A stretch of DNA of 26,311 bases. Origin: Promethearchaeota archaeon. GTDB lineage: Archaea; Asgardarchaeota; Lokiarchaeia; Sigyniarchaeales; SOKP01. The stretch's first letter is position 1. Each line of letters begins with the position of its first letter. The DNA is taken from the NCBI GenBank assembly GCA_048938005.1, contig JBHLMQ010000038.1, positions 3,697 to 30,007 of the forward strand. Reading direction: 5' to 3'. The translations under genes were made by a program, and so were the position numbers. The notes below the pieces were generated by a model. That model had not been told where the DNA came from, did not search any database, and worked only from the letters and a program-made list of their open reading frames with translations. Shown piece by piece: positions 18,927 to 26,311 of the stretch.

Positions 18927-19856
18927 ATGAAAATATTAATTAGCGATAAACTTCAAGATGAAGGTATCAAAATATTTGAAGAAAATGGATTTGAAGTTAT
19001 AAAAAAATTCACGATTACTAATGAGGAACTAAAAGAGGAAATAAGAGACTATGATGGTATTGTTGTTCGGTCAAGAACAAAATTAACTGCGGAGATATTA
19101 GAAAACGCCAAGAACTTAAAAGTAATTGGGAGAGCAGGAGTTGGTTTAGATAATATAGATAGAAAAAAAGCTGCTGAAATGAATATAGAGGTTCTAAATA
19201 CTCCTGAAGCTCCTGCTGTGTCAGTTGCTGAATTTGCTTTGGGATTAATGCTAACACTTGCAAGAAAAATATCCTATGCTGATCGTACAACCCACGAAGC
19301 TCAATGGAATAAAAATGAATGCTTAGGATATACTTTAAATGGAAGAAAACTGGGATTATTAGGTTTTGGAAATATAGCAAAACATTTAGCAAAAATAGCG
19401 ATTGTTATGGGAATGGATGTAGGAGTATATTCTAGATTTAGTAAGGGACAAGTAGCGATTGATGAGGCTAAAGAAATTGGATGTTCAATTTATCCTTCAG
19501 TTGAAGATTTATTAAAAGAAGCCCAAATTATTTCATTACATCTTCCTTCTTCGCCCCAAACTGAAAATATCATTAATGAGGAGCGTATAAACTTAATGAG
19601 AAAAGATTCATTACTTATCAATACCGCAAGGGGTGATTTACTTGATGAAAAAGCTTTATTAAAAGCTTTAAAAAACAAAAATATTGCTGGTGCGGCCCTT
19701 GATGTTTATCGGGAAGAACCCTTAAAAAATCAAAACTTAATTAATTGGAATGAAAATCTCATTCTCACACCTCATATTGCGAGTCAAAGCCTTGAAAATC
19801 AAACTGCTGCGGCGACCATGATTGCAGAAAAAATGTCAAATTTTCTAAAAAAATAG
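18927..19856 (+). CDS. serA: D-3-phosphoglycerate dehydrogenase-like D-2-hydroxyacid dehydrogenase (no ACT domain)
   Basis: VRSRTK, GRAGVGLDNID, NTP, SVAE, G.LGFGNI, INTARG, AALDVY.EEP, LTPHIAS. Confidence 0.85.
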   Translation: MKILISDKLQDEGIKIFEENGFEVIKKFTITNEELKEEIRDYDGIVVRSRTKLTAEILENAKNLKVIGRAGVGLDNIDRKKAAEMNIEVLNTPEAPAVSVAEFALGLMLTLARKISYADRTTHEAQWNKNECLGYTLNGRKLGLLGFGNIAKHLAKIAIVMGMDVGVYSRFSKGQVAIDEAKEIGCSIYPSVEDLLKEAQIISLHLPSSPQTENIINEERINLMRKDSLLINTARGDLLDEKALLKALKNKNIAGAALDVYREEPLKNQNLINWNENLILTPHIASQSLENQTAAATMIAEKMSNFLKK

Positions 19857-19873
19857 ATAAATTTTTATTTTTT

Positions 19874-21076
19874 TTAATTTCCTCCTAAATCATGTAAAAT
19901 TAATCCCGAGAGAACTTTTGGATCAAACCAAGTGCTTTTTGGAGGCATTACTCCACCTTCATCTGCGATTAATTCTAAATCTCTAATATCTACTGGATAT
20001 AAATTAACAAACAAATCATTTCCTTTTTCTGTAATGTATTTTTCCATTTCCTTTGGATCCTGTATACCACCTATAAAGAAAAGATTTTCATCAGAACGAG
20101 GATCAGTAATGCCTAATATTGATTCTAAAACTCTATCTTGAAGAATGGCAACGTCTAAGCTATCTCGCTTAGTTTTGAATTTTATATTTCTAGGTGTTAG
20201 TTTATACCATTTACCTTTTAAACAAATTGCTATATCATTTTTCTTCTTTGGATTAAATGCCGCCTCCATAGAAATGATTTCAAAATTATCTTCTAGTCTT
20301 TTTAAAAAGTCATTCTCTGGGATGAGTAATTTTTTAATAACACGATTATATGGTAAAATACGAATTTGGTCATCAGATGCTACATAAGAAAGTAAATATT
20401 GCCAAGGAGCTTTCGATTCTTTATTTACATATTTTTTTTTCAATTGCATTTTTCGGTATTCTGCAGCACTTGCAGCTCTGTGGTGCCCATCAGCAATGTA
20501 GACTTTTTCATTCCGAAATAGTTTCTCTAATTTTTTGATTATTCTCAGATTTGTTTCTTGCCACAAGATATGTTTATATCCATATTTCATAAATTCAAAT
20601 TTGGGTTTATTAAGTTTGATTTGCTCAATTAATGTATTAATCTTTTTATTAGATTGAAATACTGTCCAAACTAAACCTGTAGCAACGTTTGATGTTATAA
20701 TATGATTCGTTCGGTCTTTAAGTGGTTTTTCTCGTGTGTGTTCATGCTTTACAATATTTCCATCTTCATAATCTTGAAGGGCAATCCCAACTATCAATCC
20801 CTGATGACTAAATTGATCAGATACTTGTTGATATACAAATATACTCGGATTTTTTTCCTGTTTAATAATTTTTTTCTCTTTAAAATTTTTATAGGCTTTA
20901 GCAGCATTTTGATAGACTTCAATACCCTCTCCATTAGGCAAAATAAGATGTATTAATGAGTTAGGATTTTTTTTTAGCTCTTGCTCTTCTTCCTTCCCGA
21001 TAATATCATATGGATTAGTACAGAATTCTTCTGGATTATTAGGAATAAAAGGTCTTAAAGGAGATATTAATACCAT
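19874..21076 (-). CDS. DUF1015 family protein
   Basis: PYD, HE.T, YIADGHHR..SA, ILPYNR, MPPKSTWFDPK..SGL. Confidence 0.9.
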   Translation of the reverse strand: MVLISPLRPFIPNNPEEFCTNPYDIIGKEEEQELKKNPNSLIHLILPNGEGIEVYQNAAKAYKNFKEKKIIKQEKNPSIFVYQQVSDQFSHQGLIVGIALQDYEDGNIVKHEHTREKPLKDRTNHIITSNVATGLVWTVFQSNKKINTLIEQIKLNKPKFEFMKYGYKHILWQETNLRIIKKLEKLFRNEKVYIADGHHRAASAAEYRKMQLKKKYVNKESKAPWQYLLSYVASDDQIRILPYNRVIKKLLIPENDFLKRLEDNFEIISMEAAFNPKKKNDIAICLKGKWYKLTPRNIKFKTKRDSLDVAILQDRVLESILGITDPRSDENLFFIGGIQDPKEMEKYITEKGNDLFVNLYPVDIRDLELIADEGGVMPPKSTWFDPKVLSGLILHDLGGN

Positions 21077-21390
21077 AATATTAATTAAAAATTCTAAGAA
21101 TATAAATTAGCTTCTTTTATATTTTCTTTACGCATTATAGCCAATAATTTGTAATAATTCTTTTTTATAACTAGTTATCCAATGTTGTTCTGGTTTAAAA
21201 TAAATAACAAAAAATAGGTTTCACCTCTTATTACCTGATAAAGAAATTTTTCTGATAATATTTAAAGCTAATTAATTCGAAAATTATTTAAAACTAATCT
21301 CTCATATTAGTTATAAGTTCTATTAAAAAAGTTATTTAATGTTTTATCTATATAAATATCAAATTATACTTACTTTAGAGTCAATTTATA

Positions 21391-22395
21391 ATGCCTAAAG
21401 ATTTAAGAGATAGATTGGATAGTATTGAATCTAATGAAAAAGAGAGGGCTACTTTAAAATCAAAAGCTGATAAATTAGCAGCATTGGTAGAGCGCCAGAA
21501 ACGTATTATCAGTGATCAAGAGGGGATTATTGAAGAACAAAAAGCAAAAATTTCAAGAATGACAGATATACCTGAAGATATACTTGAATTGAAAGAATTA
21601 ATCGGAGCACAAAGACAACTCATTAATGAAAAAGACCTTGAATTGGAATACGCAAAAGGTGAAGTTGCTCAATCTCAAAAGGAGCTAGAATTAGTGAAAA
21701 AACAAATTGTACCTACTCAAAAGAAATTAGAAGAAGCTTATGAAACAATGGGTAATTTGAGAACTGAATTAGCAGAAAAAAACTCAGAATTAATCTTAAA
21801 AAATGAAGCAATGAAGAACCTAGAAACTAAAATACAAGAATTAGAAGCTTTCACTGATAAATTTAAGGAAGAACAAGTTAAAATGATCGAACAATTAGAA
21901 GAAAAACATAGAAAAGAGACACAAGAATTAAAAGCAGAAATTAATAAGCTTGATTCTTTTTTGATGGATAGTAAACTAATCTCTACTGAGAAAACTTCCG
22001 AAGCTAAAGATTTCGCTTCAAGATTTGAAAGTATGAGAACAAAATATGATGAATTAATTAATAAAGTAGGAGAATTAAGCGATAAAAATAGGGAAGCCAA
22101 TGAAGAAATTGAGCGTTTGAATAAGAATCTTAATGAAATAAAAACTCTCCAAAAAGATAATATAGATAAAATACATTTTTATGATAAACTAAGACCCTTA
22201 ATGGAAAAAGAGCCACTCTTTAAAACTTTCTTAATTATAGAAGAAGTGGGAGGAATTACATTAGAAGATCTTAAAAATGCTCTTGGTACTCCTATTGTTA
22301 CAGTGAAAAAGAATATTCAAGAATTAGAAGGGATAGGTCTTATAGAAACTGATGATAGAGATAAAATTGTTGTTAGAAGAGAAAAAATAAGTTAA
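21391..22395 (+). CDS. Long coiled-coil protein with C-terminal winged-helix domain
   Basis: About 270 aa of E/K/L-rich heptads, then IIEEVGGITLEDLKNALG....TVKKNIQELEGIGLIE (wHTH pattern). Confidence 0.75.
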   Translation: MPKDLRDRLDSIESNEKERATLKSKADKLAALVERQKRIISDQEGIIEEQKAKISRMTDIPEDILELKELIGAQRQLINEKDLELEYAKGEVAQSQKELELVKKQIVPTQKKLEEAYETMGNLRTELAEKNSELILKNEAMKNLETKIQELEAFTDKFKEEQVKMIEQLEEKHRKETQELKAEINKLDSFLMDSKLISTEKTSEAKDFASRFESMRTKYDELINKVGELSDKNREANEEIERLNKNLNEIKTLQKDNIDKIHFYDKLRPLMEKEPLFKTFLIIEEVGGITLEDLKNALGTPIVTVKKNIQELEGIGLIETDDRDKIVVRREKIS

Positions 22396-22492
22396 AACTT
22401 CCTTATTTTATATTTGAGTACTGAATATCTGATTTTTAAAATTAAAAATCTTTAAAAAATCGACAAGAAGTAAAAAGTAGATTAAATTAGCT

Positions 22493-22870
22493 TTAAATTT
22501 TTGCCAATTGCTGATATAAATGTGGTAATACTTCTTTAAACGTATCATCTGGTATTTTTTCAAGGATTTCTGCTGCAATCGTCTTTAAAATCTCCCGATA
22601 TTTACCAGGCTTTTCATCTCGTCGAAGTAAAAGAGCAACTACATAATTTTCCACAGAGATAAAATCTTGTCCTACTCCAGAAAAGAAAGAAACTACTTTA
22701 TTGTTCTTCAAACTTATAGATGCAAAACCCGGGCGAAGAGATTGGTAACGATGGCTGGAATATACTTGCGTGAGCAGATTATTCGTTATTTTCAAAGTAT
22801 CGGGATAGAAGCCTTCATTAATAGGTCCAATCTCATTATCCCAGCGAATTACAAGAATACCAACAGGCAT
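22493..22870 (-). CDS. Stand-alone longin/uDENN-like domain protein
   Basis: N-terminal ILVIRWDNEIGP....YP, beta-rich core, C-terminal helix; 125 aa. Confidence 0.6.
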   Translation of the reverse strand: MPVGILVIRWDNEIGPINEGFYPDTLKITNNLLTQVYSSHRYQSLRPGFASISLKNNKVVSFFSGVGQDFISVENYVVALLLRRDEKPGKYREILKTIAAEILEKIPDDTFKEVLPHLYQQLAKI

Positions 22871-23113
22871 GATTTTTTACCGTTCAGTTTATCTATTTTA
22901 CAGTAATTACGTAGATTTATTTCTAGACTTAATTCAATAATAATTATGATATTATTTTAATATCTTACTTTTATTTATTTCTTTTTATTTTTATGTATAT
23001 CTTATCTAACCATTAATACAAGTTTAATCTCTAATATCATTTAAGCTAAGAAAAAATTTAAATTAAAATTATAACTTTGATTTATTGTTACCCTTAAAAG
23101 CTTAGAATTATAG

Positions 23114-23121
23114 TTTATAAA
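23114..23121 (+). promoter_or_regulatory. TATA box of the tRNA gene
   Basis: TTTATAAA about 30 nt upstream of the mature tRNA 5' end. Confidence 0.55.
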
Positions 23122-23149
23122 AAACGTTTTGACCAAAAATCCTAGCATT

Positions 23150-23347
23150 GGAGAGGTTACCGAGTTTGGTCAAATTGATCAAGGTAAAAAAGGCCGTTAC
23201 ATGTTCTTACAAGGGTCAAGACTATAGGTGCTGGACTTAAGATCCAGATACCAAGGTTAATGCTTTGGTAGGGTAATGGCAAAGGCCTTCGTGAGTTCGA
23301 ATTCTGTTTAACCGCATCGGTTACAGCAGAAAGTCTCACCCTCTCCA
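23150..23347 (+). tRNA. tRNA-Leu(UAA) with three introns (exons 23150-23173, 23226-23247, 23277-23301, 23334-23347)
   Basis: Spliced product is 85 nt: GGAGAGGTTACCGAGTTTGGTCAA-AGGTGCTGGACTTAAGATCCAG-TGGCAAAGGCCTTCGTGAGTTCGAA-TCTCACCCTCTCCA. Acceptor GGAGAGG/CCTCTCC with discriminator A, anticodon stem CTGGA/TCCAG around CT-TAA-GA, variable arm GGC-AAAG-GCC, T-stem GTGAG/CTCAC. CCA is not encoded. Confidence 0.93.
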
Positions 23348-23511
23348 TTTTATCTTTACTCTCTAAAAAAGATTATATTAGTTTAAAAGGTTTTATTAAA
23401 AATCTTAAGAAAATTCATGCCAAAAATATGAAAACTTAAATATTATACGTGGAGTTATAAAAATTACCAATTAAAAAGTTTTATAAAAAGCTAAAGAGGG
23501 AAGAAAAAGTA

Positions 23512-23817
23512 ATGATTTTTATGGTTACCCAATGGACCCCATATAATAAAATAGATGAATGGTTTGAAGTATTTCAAAAAGTTAGAGGTAAATTTCCATC
23601 CTTCATAAAGAAATGGCAAACCTTTGCAGCTGCTGATGAAGATCGTGGTGTAAAGGGTTACAATATTATTATTGTCGAAAGAGGAAAGGGTGATGATGCA
23701 ATGACAGCAATCGCTGAGGTCCTCGTTCCATTTTGGAAGATTGAAGGATTTTCGATGAAGATTGAACCTCTATATGGAATGCGAGATGCAATAAAAGCTT
23801 TAGGTAAAGCCTTATAA
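23512..23817 (+). CDS. Small ferredoxin-like-fold protein (DUF3303-like)
   Basis: M.FMVT.W.P start, about 100 aa, C-terminal IEPL....DAI pattern. Confidence 0.5.
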   Translation: MIFMVTQWTPYNKIDEWFEVFQKVRGKFPSFIKKWQTFAAADEDRGVKGYNIIIVERGKGDDAMTAIAEVLVPFWKIEGFSMKIEPLYGMRDAIKALGKAL

Positions 23818-23915
23818 ATTTAGTATTAATTATTTTTTTTTTATTTAAGAGAATCTGATTTTTTAAAGAAGTAATAAAAAAAAATTTTATTTAGATATTC
23901 AGTTTTAATATTTTA

Positions 23916-24230
23916 TTAATCTTCTAGTTCTTTTTTTAATTTCATCGCTATAGGGAGAATTTTAGTGGCCTCCATAGCGGGTGCAGTCTTCATAACCTTA
24001 ATAAAACCTGGTTTAGCAATTCTCCACATATTTGCACCACGTGCCAATTGTTCTTCATTTTCAGCTTCTTCTATAGTGATACCCCACATATCCGAAGTAC
24101 TAATATACCATCCTATTTGTTTTACTCCTTCAACGGGGTATAGTTTTTTACTAAGGAGCTTTTGCGCAACTTCAGCCATCTCTGAAGGATCAAAATCCGG
24201 ATTTAATTCCCAATATGTTATGAATAGCAT
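23916..24230 (-). CDS. DUF3303-like protein
   Basis: MLFITYWEL, P.EGVK.IGWY......GITI.EAENEE.L.....W, T.PAM. Confidence 0.65.
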   Translation of the reverse strand: MLFITYWELNPDFDPSEMAEVAQKLLSKKLYPVEGVKQIGWYISTSDMWGITIEEAENEEQLARGANMWRIAKPGFIKVMKTAPAMEATKILPIAMKLKKELED

Positions 24231-24444
24231 TTTTTTTTCCTTTCAATATTATTAATTTTGGATTTATATTTGTATAGATTTTCACCTACACAGCATTATT
24301 CAATAATTCGAATAATATATTTAAAAATTTCTAACTCCATAAGATTTCTTGAGGAAAATTATAAATAAATAACATACTATTCAATATACATAGAAATCAC
24401 AGTGATAGGTAAAGATTCCAATTTCTGAGTATCTTTCTTTAGCT

Positions 24445-25116
24445 TTGTCAATTGAGTATATTGTTGTAACTCATAAAGAATCACATGAGGTTATTTACTA
24501 TAAAACGGCTGGAGATTTTGATCCAGATTTCCTTGATATTTTTCGAAGTTCAATTCAATATGAAATCTTAGACTTGCCATTAGAAGAAGGAGCAATCGAA
24601 CAAGCAACTCTGGAAGGTAAATATTTAATTAGTCGCGCAGGGAAAATGATATGGATTACTTTAATAACGAAGCAAAAACCTATTCTAATTGCAAGGGAAG
24701 CCTTAAGCTCTTTTTGCATTAGATTCGAGAAATTATATAAACAAGAGCTTCTCGATTTGTATACTGAATTCAATGGAGATATTTCAATTTTTCGGAGTAA
24801 ATCTTTTTATAAAGTTAGTGTTGACATGATTATTGACGATGAGTTTCATATACGACTTACATTACCTTATAAATTGGGATCAACTAAAGGAAAAAAAATA
24901 TCTTCGAAAGGAAAAAAAATTTACCAATTTGCTAAGTCAATTGCTCATAAAAAAAAAGGACGTATATTACTCGAAACATTATTTTATGAATCAAGGAAAT
25001 CTTTAAAATTAGATAATATAGAAATTGCAGATTTGATTTATGATTTAGTTCAAAATGAAATCCTTATACCTATTCCACAAGAAAAATTAAAAAAGAAATT
25101 TCCAATTCATTATTGA
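24445..25116 (+). CDS. Longin-like domain protein with C-terminal helical/winged-helix-like extension
   Basis: TTG start. IEYIVVTHKES...IYYK....DPDF...F.S.I and L..F..RFE..Y...L...NGDISIF resemble Asgard longin domains. Confidence 0.6.
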   Translation: MSIEYIVVTHKESHEVIYYKTAGDFDPDFLDIFRSSIQYEILDLPLEEGAIEQATLEGKYLISRAGKMIWITLITKQKPILIAREALSSFCIRFEKLYKQELLDLYTEFNGDISIFRSKSFYKVSVDMIIDDEFHIRLTLPYKLGSTKGKKISSKGKKIYQFAKSIAHKKKGRILLETLFYESRKSLKLDNIEIADLIYDLVQNEILIPIPQEKLKKKFPIHY

Positions 25117-25219
25117 GATGTAGCTTTATTTTTTAAATATGGAAAAAATTGAATAAAAATTAATATTATCAAATTTAATTATTAAATATTCTCTTAGAAA
25201 AAATTAGGGAGATGTACGT

Positions 25220-26311
25220 ATGAAATTAACAGAAATTATCGGGCTTGATGAGAATCATGCAAAAAAATTAGAAAAGGAAGGAATTTCTAAAGTTGAAGAC
25301 CTTTTACCTCTTACTTATAACCAAATTAGACAATTAGCAAGAAAAATAGGGGTATCAGTTAAAATGCTTGACACATGGCAAGAACATGCAGATTTAATAC
25401 GTATTCAAGGTGTAGGTCCTGAAATGGCTAATGCATTAAATCTTATAGGAGTAGATTCAGTGAGGGAATTTGCCAATAGAAATCCTAAAAGTACTATAGA
25501 AAAATTAAAACAATTAAAAAAGAATAATCCTAAAGCTTTAACGAAAGTTCCATCCCTAAAAGAGGTTGAAAGTTGGATTAAAGATGCTAAAAACCTTTCA
25601 GGAGTTTCAGTGAAAAAAGAAGAACTAACTCCAAAACCGATCACGCCTATTGAGTATATACCTATCGAAGAATTTGTAGGTGATTATGGAGATTATGGTC
25701 CAGATTATTGGAATAATAAATGGGAAACTTCTCCGATAATCTACACTGGGAGGGCATTGAGAGCAGAAGTTTACAAGAAACAAATAGATGTAGATGTTAA
25801 AGCATTTATTAAGAAAAATGATGCAATTCTATGGCATGTGATAACCCAAGTTGGATTAAGAAGAGAAACACCCAATGAAACTGCTTTTGTAATACAAAAT
25901 TTCGTTTGTAATTTTCTAAAGTACAAATACGATGATATAACGGCTGACATACCCGAGTTTTGGTTGTTCCCGTTCGAAAGTATACAAGCAGAGATTGGAG
26001 ATTGTGAAGATGGAGCAATTCTGATTGCGGCTTTATTGATCAATGCTGGTATCCCCAGTTGGCGTGTAAAGGTGTGTGCAGCAGAAGTAATAGCAGATCC
26101 TATATTTGCCCCCTCAGAAACTGAAGTAGGAGGACATGCATACTGTATATATCTCGCAGATAGACCAGATTCGGAACGTAAATTGGAATGGGTTATTCTC
26201 GACTGGTGCTATTTACAAGATCCGGAGGTTCCAATCGAAGAAAAACCTTTAGCAAGGGACGGTGGAACAGAAGGGGCTTACAAAGATGTTCTCTTTACGT
26301 TTAATGATGAA
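25220..26311 (+). CDS. DUF4332 (HhH-like) domain fused to a transglutaminase-like cysteine protease domain; 3' end outside the window
   Basis: Not in the ORF track (no stop in window). ATG at 25220. MKLTEIIGL...AKKLEKEGI..VEDLL, W...ADLIRIQGVGPE.A..L...GVDSV.E.A.RNP and PSLKEVESWI..AK match DUF4332. Then EFWLFPFE......GDCEDGAIL, GGHAY and WVILDW give a Cys-His-Asp triad. Confidence 0.85.
   Translation, partial: MKLTEIIGLDENHAKKLEKEGISKVEDLLPLTYNQIRQLARKIGVSVKMLDTWQEHADLIRIQGVGPEMANALNLIGVDSVREFANRNPKSTIEKLKQLKKNNPKALTKVPSLKEVESWIKDAKNLSGVSVKKEELTPKPITPIEYIPIEEFVGDYGDYGPDYWNNKWETSPIIYTGRALRAEVYKKQIDVDVKAFIKKNDAILWHVITQVGLRRETPNETAFVIQNFVCNFLKYKYDDITADIPEFWLFPFESIQAEIGDCEDGAILIAALLINAGIPSWRVKVCAAEVIADPIFAPSETEVGGHAYCIYLADRPDSERKLEWVILDWCYLQDPEVPIEEKPLARDGGTEGAYKDVLFTFNDE

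Noticed and set aside
4831-22906. Small ORFs opposite larger genes (4831, 5543, 8122, 13281, 16078, 19018, 19490, 19932, 20145, 20350, 20702, 21738, 22667)
   Set aside because: Each lies wholly or almost wholly antisense to a well-supported CDS and has no recognisable motif.
23174-23225. Nested intron or C/D-box guide RNA inside tRNA intron 1
   Set aside because: An internal GTAA/TTAC pairing exists, but there is no convincing second BHB and no C box (RUGAUGA) or D box (CUGA).
23157-23348. 63-aa minus-strand ORF
   Set aside because: It is antisense to the intron-containing tRNA-Leu, which explains the GC-richer sequence.
23330-24440. tRNA 3' end as an integration site for an island
   Set aside because: No integrase and no duplicated tRNA 3' end was seen in the window.
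25114-25160. Selenocysteine read-through at the TGA stop of 24445-25116
   Set aside because: No redox motif context, an in-frame TAA follows soon after, and no SECIS-like hairpin was recognised.
23965-26043. ORFs 23965-24255, 24555-24773, 25405-25644, 25771-26043 and 25809-26018
   Set aside because: They are antisense to the DUF3303-like, longin-like and DUF4332-transglutaminase genes.

Overview
AT-rich archaeal chromosomal window. Longin/uDENN-like proteins, ITPK1-like ATP-grasp proteins, an archaeal proteasome beta subunit, a long-type FKBP and BHB tRNA introns point to Asgard archaea, probably Lokiarchaeia (inference). Two things stand out. (1) A compact candidate inositol-phosphate locus at about 3.9-11.5 kb: a divergent myo-inositol-phosphate synthase (Ino1), three adjacent ATP-grasp proteins (two with ITPK1-type D-I-N motifs rather than RimK-type E-V-N), a HAD phosphatase with a long polybasic helical tail, and a divergently transcribed membrane-anchored glycoside-hydrolase-like gene. 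(2) A tRNA-Leu(UAA) gene at 23150-23347 split by three non-canonical introns (21/22, 43/44, about 59/60). The window also holds a large secreted protein with two duplicated family-5 solute-binding domains (runs off the left edge), an HhH-FKBP fusion, a PflX-like radical SAM protein, an IFT52/GIFT-like protein, psmB, an aminotransferase-serA-DUF1015 serine cluster, and a DUF4332-transglutaminase-like fusion (runs off the right edge). No CRISPR array or mobile element was seen. All family assignments come from motif recognition by eye; no database searches were run.
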